Of a stretch of DNA of 64,000 nucleotides, positions 17,612-27,466 are shown in pieces (within the stretch, counting starts at the first letter, position 1; each line of letters starts with the position of its first letter). This DNA comes from a virus (lineage: Duplodnaviria; Caudoviricetes): positions 1 to 64,000 of IMG/VR virus record IMGVR_UViG_3300031857_023573; one strand, written 5' to 3'. The position numbers and the translations under genes were made by a program. Under the pieces are notes generated by a model. It made no database searches. It saw only the letters and a list, made by a program, of their open reading frames with translations, and was not told where the DNA came from.

Positions 17612-19279
17612 ATGTCACTTAAAAAAGATTTACTTAAATACGACCCTCGTAAAGAACAACAAGATTGTTTGGACTTTATTGATTCAGAATATAAAAAAAA
17701 TAAGGAAAATAAATTTTTCTTATTAAACCTACCTGTTGGGACCGGAAAGTCACATCTGGCCTTAATGATTGCGGATTGGTATTTGAAAAATGTTAATGGA
17801 AATGCTAAATTTGATGTTATTACAAATAGTAAGATATTACAAGATCAATATTCTGGTACCTATGGTTCAATAAATGATTTAAAGGGTAAAGAAAACTATG
17901 AGTGTGAACAATATTCTTGCTCTTGTGCCCAAGGAAATGAATTTAATAGGTTGAATAAGACTAGTTGTGAAGCATGTCCTCACTCTTCTGCACGAGACCA
18001 GTATTTAAGTGGTAGAATATCCTTAACTAATTTTTATCTTTATATTCTCTATCAACTCTATATGACAAAAATGATGGAGGGTAGAGGAGCTAATGTTTTA
18101 ATAGTTGATGAAAGTCACGAATTTGATGATGTGATGTCGGATTTTATTTCAATAAAAATCACAGAATTTGTTATTAAAAAATTGAAGTTTTCTAATGAAG
18201 ATAAAATACTCAAAGAACTAAAAAGAGTCAGTTCAATTTCTCAATATATTGACTTCCTAAAAGCACTTCAGGGTGAAATTAATACTACTATTTCCGATAT
18301 TGAAAAAGAGTTGGGTAGAGAAAAAAGAACAGCTAGATCAGTTAAGCGTGAAAATAGTGTGAATAAGGTATTGGGTGGGAAAAATTCAGATTTTAAATTG
18401 ATGCAAATTATAACAGACTTGCAACAATATCAGTCTAAAATAGAAATATTTTTGAAAGAATATGCTGCTAATCCAAACAATTGGGTTTTGGAGTCAAATT
18501 ACAATGAGAAATCAAAGCAAAAAGAATTATCACTAGAACCAATATGGGCTTTTGACTATCTAGATAAGTATATTTTCTCAAAGTATGACATGGTGTTTCT
18601 AATGTCTGGTACTATACTAGATAAAAATCTTTTTTGTATGTTAAATGGATTAGATGTGGATAAGGCGGTTTACTACTCTATAGATTCACCATTTCCAGTT
18701 AAGAATAGACCAGTTTTTTATATGCCACTTGGTAAGATGTCTTTCAAATCCAAAGAAGATACTTTCAAAAACTATGTTCCGTATATTCAAAAAATACTAA
18801 ATAAATATCCAGATAAAAAGGGTATTATACATACTAATTCTTTTGAACTTGCGAGTTGGATATCTAGAGACTTAAAAGATAGTAGACTTGTTTATCATGA
18901 TTCATCTAATAAAGATGAAGTTTTACAAAAACACTTTATATCAGAAAAACCAACAGTTTTAGTAAGTCCGAGTATGGATACTGGGGTAAGTTTCGATGAC
19001 GATCTGGCCAGATTTCAAATAATTGCCAAAATACCTTATCCTTCTTTAGCATCTCAGAAGAATAAACTTAGACAGAAGAACAATCCCGAGTGGTATTCAT
19101 GGAAAACAATTTCCGGTCTGATTCAAATGAGTGGAAGAGCAGTTAGATCGGTAGATGATTATGCCGATACTATTATAATTGATGGTTCATTTTCTGATCT
19201 TTTGAAGTATTCTGGTCAATATTTCCCGAAGTGGTTTCAAGAGGCAATTAAAAGAATTAATGTTAAGATTGGCGCCTAA
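17612..19279 (+). CDS. DinG/Rad3-family helicase
   Basis: LPVGTGKS (Walker A), VDESH, MSGT, QMSGRAVRSVDD; Cys cluster C-C-C-C. Confidence 0.9.
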   Translation: MSLKKDLLKYDPRKEQQDCLDFIDSEYKKNKENKFFLLNLPVGTGKSHLALMIADWYLKNVNGNAKFDVITNSKILQDQYSGTYGSINDLKGKENYECEQYSCSCAQGNEFNRLNKTSCEACPHSSARDQYLSGRISLTNFYLYILYQLYMTKMMEGRGANVLIVDESHEFDDVMSDFISIKITEFVIKKLKFSNEDKILKELKRVSSISQYIDFLKALQGEINTTISDIEKELGREKRTARSVKRENSVNKVLGGKNSDFKLMQIITDLQQYQSKIEIFLKEYAANPNNWVLESNYNEKSKQKELSLEPIWAFDYLDKYIFSKYDMVFLMSGTILDKNLFCMLNGLDVDKAVYYSIDSPFPVKNRPVFYMPLGKMSFKSKEDTFKNYVPYIQKILNKYPDKKGIIHTNSFELASWISRDLKDSRLVYHDSSNKDEVLQKHFISEKPTVLVSPSMDTGVSFDDDLARFQIIAKIPYPSLASQKNKLRQKNNPEWYSWKTISGLIQMSGRAVRSVDDYADTIIIDGSFSDLLKYSGQYFPKWFQEAIKRINVKIGA

Positions 19280-19991
19280 CCGCCTCTATACACTTTTCAA
19301 CTGCTTCAATTCCTCTTTTATCAAAAGAGAAAACCTTTGACTTAGATCTTTTTTGCAGTTCTGGTTCTAAGAATCTTTCTCTATCCGAATTTGGGATAGA
19401 CCATAAATTTGCTGCTGCCCATTCATCATCAGTCATTACAACATCGGATATATCAATAGATGAATGTATATCATCTAATTCGCCTTTTTCAAAAATTATA
19501 ATAAATTTGTTTTGCTCTCTATCAACATCTAACTTTATAATAACATCTTCTTCTCGACCTCTCCCTTTTAGAAAGCTATCTAAATCCGGAATGAAAACTT
19601 CTGAATCAAATTCATAAAATTGTAAATTTAAATGTTTTTCCAAATATGTCTTGAATTCTTCGAATGATTTTACATCTTTGTTAGGATTTACATCTTGATC
19701 TTTAAATTTTAACATAAAACTACATCTTGGTCCTCTGTTTTCTGTTCCGGTATAAACATGAAAATGTTCATTTAGTGAAGTATATCCAAGTAAGATAACT
19801 CTATTATTAAGTTCAATAACATCTTTTAGAAAATCTACTTTATTGACATTTTCTCTTATAAGACCAGATATAGTAACTACACCTTCATAGATGTCACACT
19901 CTATCTTTTCGTACCCTTGATCTTTAAAATCTAAAAGAAGGTCTTCAATCTCCTCCTTATTTACAGATTCATAGAATTTGAGTAGTTTCAT
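19263..19991 (-). CDS. Hypothetical protein with N-terminal tag (MKLLKFYESVN)
   Basis: ORF. Confidence 0.75.
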   Translation of the reverse strand: MKLLKFYESVNKEEIEDLLLDFKDQGYEKIECDIYEGVVTISGLIRENVNKVDFLKDVIELNNRVILLGYTSLNEHFHVYTGTENRGPRCSFMLKFKDQDVNPNKDVKSFEEFKTYLEKHLNLQFYEFDSEVFIPDLDSFLKGRGREEDVIIKLDVDREQNKFIIIFEKGELDDIHSSIDISDVVMTDDEWAAANLWSIPNSDRERFLEPELQKRSKSKVFSFDKRGIEAVEKCIEAVRRQS

Positions 19992-20188
19992 AATTGGTCA
20001 ATTTTAGATTTTAATTCAGTTGTGTCAATATTTTTAGATTGTAAAAACTCTAGTATCTCTTCAAATATTTCAATTCTTCTTTCTTTTGAATCCGTTGAAA
20101 TCAAAATATTTAAAAGCTCATTAATTTCTCGATATTTAAAATTACAAATAAGTTTTAAAATATCACTACCGGAATTTTCACAATCCAT
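19988..20188 (-). CDS. Small hypothetical protein
   Basis: ORF coupled to neighbours. Confidence 0.6.
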   Translation of the reverse strand: MDCENSGSDILKLICNFKYREINELLNILISTDSKERRIEIFEEILEFLQSKNIDTTELKSKIDQL

Positions 20189-20193
20189 GAGAG

Positions 20194-20565
20194 TTATCTC
20201 TTTTTCTTATCTTCTATTGACTTTTCAATTTTTTTAGCAATAGCCTTTTCCCAACCTTCAATCTTTTTATTCTTATTTCTATCCGCTAAATCAGGCCTTT
20301 TCAATCCAGATTTTTTATATGAAACAGGTTTATCCTTTTTAGATTCATTACTATCTTCTTCTTCACGCATCTCATCAGAATCAAGTACTTGTGGTTCTGG
20401 TTGAGTAGATGTTTCATCGTTGAATTCACCCTCTAAATCAGAGTCTTTTGTTATTTTTTCTTCAGGTGATTCAATATTCTCGATTTCATCTAAGTATTCT
20501 CTGTCTTTTGGTTGCTCTAGTTCTGGTGATAAGAAAAATGTTTCAAATCTTTTAAGGTGCCTCAT
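20194..20565 (-). CDS. Acidic low-complexity protein with N-terminal tag (MRHLKRFETF)
   Basis: ORF; TAATATATA at 20592-20600. Confidence 0.75.
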   Translation of the reverse strand: MRHLKRFETFFLSPELEQPKDREYLDEIENIESPEEKITKDSDLEGEFNDETSTQPEPQVLDSDEMREEEDSNESKKDKPVSYKKSGLKRPDLADRNKNKKIEGWEKAIAKKIEKSIEDKKKR

Positions 20566-20639
20566 ATGGATGGATAATTTTTTTTGTAAATTATATATTA
20601 ACTGTCTAATTTCAAATCCTCGATTTTATATATAAATAG

Positions 20640-21839
20640 ATGAAAATTTTAAATTTCTTTGACTTTATTTTTGAGAATTTTAAAACTATACAAGTGCCTT
20701 TTCAGTACTGTGAAGAGTTTGAATCTTTGATAAATCAAATAAATAATCCAATTTCTGGGGCTTTTATGAATTTACGACTAAAACCCACCGATATTTCACT
20801 TATTAATATTGGAGATCAAGATGATTTTGTGACATTTACTACATCGACAAAGCTATCACAACATTTCAAATCAGAAGATGAAAAGACACTTAGAACACTT
20901 ATATCACCTTTATCTAGAAACACCGAAATTTACTCAAAGAATAGAACTTCGATAAAAATAGGCAGATTGATTAGAAAATTATTTGGGTCAAAATTCTCTG
21001 ATTCGGAGATTGAAAAATTTGTAAATCAATACAAATCTATTGTAGATAAAAAACTACTCAAATTTGAATTGTGGGATGGATATAAAATTCAAAATGGATA
21101 CTGTTCTAAGAATTACACTTATGATGCCCCTAGTTCTAACCCACTTTTAAATTCTTGTATGAACGATGAATTACATCTCATAGACTTTTATCAATATGCT
21201 CCTGTGAAATTATTAGTGTTACTAAATAATGAAGGTCACATTTTTGGAAGATCGTTAATATGGCAGACTAATAGAGGAACATTTATGGATAGAGTTTATG
21301 TAGCTTTTGATTCTGATTATTACAAATTTACAGATTGGGCTACAAAAAATAACATAATTTATAAATCAAAGAATCAAAGTGGACCTTTAATTGACTATGT
21401 TGTAGGCGGAAAAACTACCTGGTTTCCAATGAAAGTAGAACTTAAATTCAATATAGACGAATATAGTAGAGAGGATTTTACTGATACAGTTAGGGATATT
21501 CCGTATATGGATACCTTTATTTATGGTCAGAAGAATATTCTAACTAATTATGAGCCACTTGAGGATAAATATTATATATTGACTGATACTGATGGATATC
21601 CTTTAGAAGTTATACCACATTTTGATATTAAGGGTCGAAGAATTCGCCAAGATGAACTAGATGATTATGAGTGGTCAAATACTCAGAAAGGATGGATACA
21701 TGCAAAAGACGGGTGTTATGTACAAGCAGTTCAAGATTTTTTATCTTTTGACTATTTAAAAGACCCTGTTAATGGATTCACACGAAAGCCAGGAACTAAT
21801 CCGATATCTCCGAATACTTGGATTAAAAATGTAAATTAA
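20640..21839 (+). CDS. Hypothetical protein, NSCM..GRS.IW..DR.Y..PYMDTF domain, N-terminal tag
   Basis: Clear paralogue of 22681-24993; TATAAATA at 20631-20638. Confidence 0.75.
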   Translation: MKILNFFDFIFENFKTIQVPFQYCEEFESLINQINNPISGAFMNLRLKPTDISLINIGDQDDFVTFTTSTKLSQHFKSEDEKTLRTLISPLSRNTEIYSKNRTSIKIGRLIRKLFGSKFSDSEIEKFVNQYKSIVDKKLLKFELWDGYKIQNGYCSKNYTYDAPSSNPLLNSCMNDELHLIDFYQYAPVKLLVLLNNEGHIFGRSLIWQTNRGTFMDRVYVAFDSDYYKFTDWATKNNIIYKSKNQSGPLIDYVVGGKTTWFPMKVELKFNIDEYSREDFTDTVRDIPYMDTFIYGQKNILTNYEPLEDKYYILTDTDGYPLEVIPHFDIKGRRIRQDELDDYEWSNTQKGWIHAKDGCYVQAVQDFLSFDYLKDPVNGFTRKPGTNPISPNTWIKNVN

Positions 21840-21850
21840 TATATACCCAT

Positions 21851-22684
21851 ATGAGAGTTTTAAACTTTGAAAAATATCAATTAGCAGAAGATTTATCTAA
21901 TTTCATAGCTAATCCAACTATTTTAGAGTCTGCTGAAAAAAATAGCCAAATAGATAATATTTTAAAAAAACTCTCTCAGGATCTAAAATTTAATTATGGT
22001 CTTGTTTTTACATTTGGTGTTGGTGTTAGAGTAATGTACCCAATTGTTGAAGAGTTAATAAAAAATGGAAATTTAAAAGTAGAGGCAACAACTGAGAATA
22101 TAGTTTTAGTTTGTATTGCTGCACTTACAATTACCTATTTAGAAGAGTCAAAAAATAGTGCTGGTGATACAGAAGTTCCTTGTGATTGTGAAGAAAAAAA
22201 GTCTGATTGTGAAATTTGTGGTGGAACGGGAATGATTAAAAGTAAAGTTTCTAAAAGAGACGCTCGTACTATTCTTGAAGAATTAAAATTGAGAGGAATA
22301 GGCAATGGCATAGTAAAAAAAATGGTTGAGTGTTTCAAGTTTTTAGGATCAATTCTTAAAACTTTATTTAGAAATACTCCCTATGTAATTAACGGTCTTA
22401 TAGATATGTTGGCCTATACTGCGATTCTTGTTCCGGCTATGAATGGTATAAGTGCCATTGTGGGTAAATATGATTTGACTATTGATAGTCTTATGGGTAA
22501 CGCCGCCGCGATTTCTCTTGGTATTACTACGTTTTTAGCGAAATATGGATTTGACTCGTTGGTTAAGAAATTCAAAGATAAATTTGGATTTGATACTAAG
22601 TCTTTGGATGTACCAACTGTTGTTAAACCTTATGATACTGAAAATGATGAACTAGAAGGTAACAAATTAATTAAAGAGCAATGA
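21851..22684 (+). CDS. Membrane protein with DnaJ-like Zn motif and N-terminal tag variant
   Basis: Hydrophobic segments; CDC..CEICGGTG; TAATATATA at 21837-21845. Confidence 0.7.
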   Translation: MRVLNFEKYQLAEDLSNFIANPTILESAEKNSQIDNILKKLSQDLKFNYGLVFTFGVGVRVMYPIVEELIKNGNLKVEATTENIVLVCIAALTITYLEESKNSAGDTEVPCDCEEKKSDCEICGGTGMIKSKVSKRDARTILEELKLRGIGNGIVKKMVECFKFLGSILKTLFRNTPYVINGLIDMLAYTAILVPAMNGISAIVGKYDLTIDSLMGNAAAISLGITTFLAKYGFDSLVKKFKDKFGFDTKSLDVPTVVKPYDTENDELEGNKLIKEQ

Positions 22685-24993
22685 TAAAAAAATATTCTGA
22701 TTTCAAATATTTTTTTTTATTTGAATCACTTCTAAAGATTGATAAAGATTTACATTTAATAATCTCAACACTTTCAACTAAAGATCCTGTAGCAAAAATG
22801 CTACTTAGCTTAATAAATCAAGATATCACAACTAATGTTAATTATTTAAAGCTCGCAGATAAAAACGATGATGTTAAGTTTGTAAATGACACACAAGTCA
22901 AGAGATTTGTAGATTCGGGTCAAGATCCATTCGATAGGGCAACTAATAGTGCAAAAATAGGTAGAACTGTGAGGCAAATACTAACATCCAATGGTATTTC
23001 TGTGACAGACCATCAGATTGAAACATTTGTAAACAATTACAAAAATGCCTGGGATAAAAAACACAATAAAAATCAAGAGGGTTTTCATTTAGTATCTGGT
23101 GATGAAATTAAAAACTGGTATCTAGAATCAAATTATGTTCCAGGTGGTGGCACATTAAATAATTCATGTATGAGGTATGATAGCTGTCAGAAATATTTTG
23201 AAATATATTCACAGAATCCCGAGGTTTGTCAACTGTTGATATTATTAGATGACAGGGATAGACTACTTGGTAGATCAATCTTGTGGAAGTTAAAACCAGG
23301 AACTGGAAGAAAAGACTACTATTTAGATAGAATCTATACGAGATTCGATAATGATGTTGAAAAGTTCGCAGAATGGTTTAAAGAGTTTTTAAAAGTTGAT
23401 TCTGAAAGTCAAGATTTCAATGCTCATTTTCTTGGTAATACTCGAGGTCTTAGAGTTCAGTTAAAAAATTGGAAATTTAAATTATTTCCATACATGGATA
23501 CATTCTCAGTTTTAGACTATGACTCTGGTCAACTCATGACTTATGATGGAGTTGACTCGTCAAAACTTCAATTTCATATCCAGAATACTGGTGGATATCC
23601 GTCCGTTCCATCTCATGAATGGTCTGAGGCTTATCAAAATTGGTTTCATGTTGATGACTGTGCTTGGATTGAAGATAAGAGTGACTATTATCCAAAGGAA
23701 GATTGTATAAAAGATTACCAATTAAATTGGATTTTAAAGTCTGATTCAATTTATTCTGAGTATTATGGTAATTATATTCAAAAGTCAACTGCTGTCGATC
23801 TTGAAAATTTTGGATTAGTCGACAATCGAGATATAGTTGAAGTTTATGATGAAGTTATAAATGGTCAAATAAAAAAACCAAAGAAATTTTTGAAAAGTAA
23901 ACTAAATGATTCAGATTACAAAAAAGTCGAAATAGGTTATGGATATAAATGGGTAAATAAAAAGTATTTAGTTTATGATGCGGTGAATCATGAGTTTATA
24001 ATTCAAGATGAGGATTTTGAAGATAATTATACTAAGTTTTACTTTTTACCTCAGTCACCTATTTCAACATTAGAAAAATATTTCAGTATTAGTGAAATAG
24101 ATAGAAATTATGAGTGTTATGGAATTAGTGATGAATACACTCAGACTCCATTTATTTCTAGACTATATAGTGATCTTAGTAATGAAACCGGTTATTATGC
24201 TATTAAAGAAGTTATTGAAACATTTTCATTGGAAAGTTCAGAGAAATTTGTTGTTGTTAAAACCAGCGACTTTTCCAGATCATTTAGAGAGATGTGTTAC
24301 ACTCATACTTTAGAAATTTTAGATAATATTAAGAGTATCAATTCCGAATCTTTGAAGAAAAAATTATCTGATGTACACGAAGATTGTATGGCAAAATCGC
24401 ATAGTTATAGACAACTCAACTCAAACTATGAAATGATGAAAGACTATGGTAGTTACTTAAACTATTTTAATTCTACAATTTCTAAAATGTTCAAAGAAGA
24501 AAAAGTATTTGAAATTTTAGAGGGAGAAGAAGTGGTTAATAAATTTCAAAGTTGGATTAGAGAAAATGCGCGGTCTATTGATTTTATAGTTAATTATAGA
24601 AAAACTAATCAAGAGAATTACAGTATTCAAAGAGATCAAAGTGACAATGAACAAAAAGAATTAATCAGATTATTTATCGATACTTATAAATATCAAATTA
24701 TCTATTTTTCATATTGGTTGATACTGATGGATGATAGAAGTCATGCTGATGATAAATTGACCACTTTGAATAATAAAATGAAATTTGATACGAACTTTAT
24801 AGTAAATTATTTTTGTAGATATGATGAAATATCTGGAGAATTTGCTCAAACAATCTCTGACATAAGATCATCTGTTACTAGAAAGTTTAACTATCAACCT
24901 TTGTTTCAAGAAATGAGTCTGTCTGTTTATGATGAAAATTTTGATAAAATTATGACTATCTACAATGACTTTTTATCAAAACTAAATAAGTAA
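22681..24993 (+). CDS. Large hypothetical protein, NSCM domain paralogue, N-terminal tag
   Basis: Shares KIGR, NSCM, GRSILW, DRIY, FPYMDTF with 20640-21839. Confidence 0.75.
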   Translation: MIKKYSDFKYFFLFESLLKIDKDLHLIISTLSTKDPVAKMLLSLINQDITTNVNYLKLADKNDDVKFVNDTQVKRFVDSGQDPFDRATNSAKIGRTVRQILTSNGISVTDHQIETFVNNYKNAWDKKHNKNQEGFHLVSGDEIKNWYLESNYVPGGGTLNNSCMRYDSCQKYFEIYSQNPEVCQLLILLDDRDRLLGRSILWKLKPGTGRKDYYLDRIYTRFDNDVEKFAEWFKEFLKVDSESQDFNAHFLGNTRGLRVQLKNWKFKLFPYMDTFSVLDYDSGQLMTYDGVDSSKLQFHIQNTGGYPSVPSHEWSEAYQNWFHVDDCAWIEDKSDYYPKEDCIKDYQLNWILKSDSIYSEYYGNYIQKSTAVDLENFGLVDNRDIVEVYDEVINGQIKKPKKFLKSKLNDSDYKKVEIGYGYKWVNKKYLVYDAVNHEFIIQDEDFEDNYTKFYFLPQSPISTLEKYFSISEIDRNYECYGISDEYTQTPFISRLYSDLSNETGYYAIKEVIETFSLESSEKFVVVKTSDFSRSFREMCYTHTLEILDNIKSINSESLKKKLSDVHEDCMAKSHSYRQLNSNYEMMKDYGSYLNYFNSTISKMFKEEKVFEILEGEEVVNKFQSWIRENARSIDFIVNYRKTNQENYSIQRDQSDNEQKELIRLFIDTYKYQIIYFSYWLILMDDRSHADDKLTTLNNKMKFDTNFIVNYFCRYDEISGEFAQTISDIRSSVTRKFNYQPLFQEMSLSVYDENFDKIMTIYNDFLSKLNK

Positions 24994-25050
24994 ATCTTAG
25001 AAAACAATAAAATGTATTTTTAGTATAAGAAAAACAAAATATTTTAAACT

Positions 25051-26379
25051 ATGACCTCGTCATTAGAAAAAGTTTTTTTTAACTATATTATAAAGAATAA
25101 AAAGTACTTCGAAATTGTTAAGCCTTTCTTTTTTAGAAATTCTGAAATTCAATTTATTTATGGAATCCTCAGAGACTATATGACTAAAAATCAAGATGCT
25201 CAAATTCCTACACCAAGACAGATTCTAGATATGGTCACTCTTGAAGATAAAGAAGGTGTAATCACAAAAGAAATTCTAAAAAGCGTTTTAACAGATAATC
25301 TAAAAGATTATGATGAAAAGAATTTTATAGAGCCGAAATTTAATGCTTGGGTTCTTTCAAATAGAATTAAAGCAGGAACAGTTGATATAATTGACGAAAC
25401 TAGAAACTTTGATAATATTTCAGATTTTGATTCAGCAATAGAAAGAGCAAATAAAATTCGAGCAATTGTAGATGATATGTCTTCTACAAACTTTGTTGAT
25501 GATGATGACCTAGGATCAGACTTCGATGAACCTGAACTACACATCCAAGATAGTTCAAGGTTTAAGATCAAATCAGGACTTGAAACCCTAGACCATATTT
25601 TAGGTGGTGGATGGGATATTGGTACACTTAATTGTATCATGGCAGAGACTAATAACGGAAAATCGTTATGGATGCAAAATTTTGCAGTAAAAAGCGCAGA
25701 TGCTGGTTATAATGTACTATATGTCACTCTTGAGATGAGTGAGCGTAAAGTTCTGAAAAGACTAGGTGCTATGCGTTTAAAAATACCAATAAATGACTAT
25801 GATACAGTAAGTAAAGATACTGAATTAATTAAGAAAAAGATTAAGTCTTTAGGGTCAATGAAAGAAGGCGGTGACCTATTTTCAAATAAAGTTGGTAAAA
25901 TTTATACTAAGTTTTGGGCGGCTGGAACAGCCACTGTAAATGATTTCGATAACTATATTCAAAAGATACATCAAAAGAGGGGTATCAAGTTTGATATGAT
26001 TATTGTTGATTATATCACACTTGTTGCTCCTATAAAAGGGCTAGGTGATAATCTCTACGTCAAAGGAAAACATCTAGCCGAAGGATTAAGAGCATTAGGT
26101 GCGAAATATAAGTGTCCGATTGTAACAGGTGTTCAAGTATCAAAAGATGCTTGGAATGCTTCTGATATTACACTTGAGAGTGTTCCTGAGAGTAAGGCAA
26201 TAGCTGAAACTGCTGATACATTTTTTGCTATTATAAGAACAGAAGAAATGAAACGTCTTGGAATTTATAGATTTAAACTTTTAAAACAAAGGGATGGAGA
26301 CTTTTTGAAAAGTCAAATAAAGTTGAATTTGAATTCTACTTATTTGACTTTAGAAAATGACCAATTTCTGGATAACTAA
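25051..26379 (+). CDS. dnaB: Replicative DNA helicase (T4 gp41/DnaB-like)
   Basis: AETNNGKS (Walker A), YVTLEMSE, IIVDYI, TGVQ, ESKAIAETAD, KQRDG. Confidence 0.9.
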   Translation: MTSSLEKVFFNYIIKNKKYFEIVKPFFFRNSEIQFIYGILRDYMTKNQDAQIPTPRQILDMVTLEDKEGVITKEILKSVLTDNLKDYDEKNFIEPKFNAWVLSNRIKAGTVDIIDETRNFDNISDFDSAIERANKIRAIVDDMSSTNFVDDDDLGSDFDEPELHIQDSSRFKIKSGLETLDHILGGGWDIGTLNCIMAETNNGKSLWMQNFAVKSADAGYNVLYVTLEMSERKVLKRLGAMRLKIPINDYDTVSKDTELIKKKIKSLGSMKEGGDLFSNKVGKIYTKFWAAGTATVNDFDNYIQKIHQKRGIKFDMIIVDYITLVAPIKGLGDNLYVKGKHLAEGLRALGAKYKCPIVTGVQVSKDAWNASDITLESVPESKAIAETADTFFAIIRTEEMKRLGIYRFKLLKQRDGDFLKSQIKLNLNSTYLTLENDQFLDN

Positions 26380-26456
26380 GGCGTAACTTTTGTAGTCTAA
26401 AAAGTATAATAATATATAAAAATTTTAAAAATGAATATAAAAAATAATAAAAATCT

Positions 26457-27392
26457 ATGTCTAAAAAGAGAAAACACGAGGATGATGAAGAATTCGATGG
26501 TGAAATAGACAATATTGAAGAGACTCCGTTTGAAGACGATGTAGAAGAAGAAACATCCTCTGAATCTGAAGGATTAGGTGGTGACTTATTAGCAGATGAT
26601 TCTGATGATATTGACATAGTTTTAGAAATTTCCGAAGATGAATCTGAATCAGATACTCAAGAGCCAACTCCAGATGAAGTAATTTTATCTAAACATAAAG
26701 TGCAAGGAAAGCACTCATTAAAATACGACTCTATTTTTAAGGGAAAAAAAGAAGATAAACCAGATGAAGACTTTGATCAAACTTCGATGTATTTTAATGA
26801 GAAATTTGAAGTAGATAAATCTTCCTATTTTTATGTCGAGTCGCAAGATAATGAGTTTTATGTAAGACAGAAAAATGTTAAAGAAAAAGTCTATAATGTT
26901 TTACTAAATCATACTAATATAAACTTCTTAAATAATAGAAGAAAGCCTTCAAAGTCAGACTTTAATCACTATTATTACCTTTTAAAAATTAATTTAGAAG
27001 GAGATGGGTTTACAAATGTGGAGTTATTTAACGAACTCTCTGTTTACTTCTCTGATAATCTTTTTAATATGTTCAAACTACTTGATAATAAGTGGAGGAA
27101 TTTAATTATCAATGAGTTACAAGACCATATTGGTAAAAATAAGAACTCAAAAGAGATTACAAATCGTAACATCTATGTTGGTACTGAGTTAGAGTTCTCA
27201 CACGCCGACGCATTGGGTACGGTACGAGTTTATACGGGAGTTGTGGTTGAGACGGATTATGAAGAGTCTCTATTTAAGATTGATTCATATGAAAATGTCT
27301 ATGAAATACACATAACATCTATAATTCGTATACTGAATAATAGTAAATTTAAATATAATTTAAATAAACTTAACAACATAGATTTTCTTTGA
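26457..27392 (+). CDS. Hypothetical protein with highly acidic N-terminal region
   Basis: Asp/Glu-rich first ~75 residues. Confidence 0.75.
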   Translation: MSKKRKHEDDEEFDGEIDNIEETPFEDDVEEETSSESEGLGGDLLADDSDDIDIVLEISEDESESDTQEPTPDEVILSKHKVQGKHSLKYDSIFKGKKEDKPDEDFDQTSMYFNEKFEVDKSSYFYVESQDNEFYVRQKNVKEKVYNVLLNHTNINFLNNRRKPSKSDFNHYYYLLKINLEGDGFTNVELFNELSVYFSDNLFNMFKLLDNKWRNLIINELQDHIGKNKNSKEITNRNIYVGTELEFSHADALGTVRVYTGVVVETDYEESLFKIDSYENVYEIHITSIIRILNNSKFKYNLNKLNNIDFL

Positions 27393-27466
27393 AATTTTAA
27401 AAGAAAATACTTCAACCAAAAAATACAAACAATATATAATTTTCTAATCAAAAAATAATTAGGTTC

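Noticed and set aside
17611-17700. Frameshift, intein or intron continuing the DNA polymerase
   Set aside because: Downstream sequence is the DinG start, with no motif B or C or splicing signatures in other frames.
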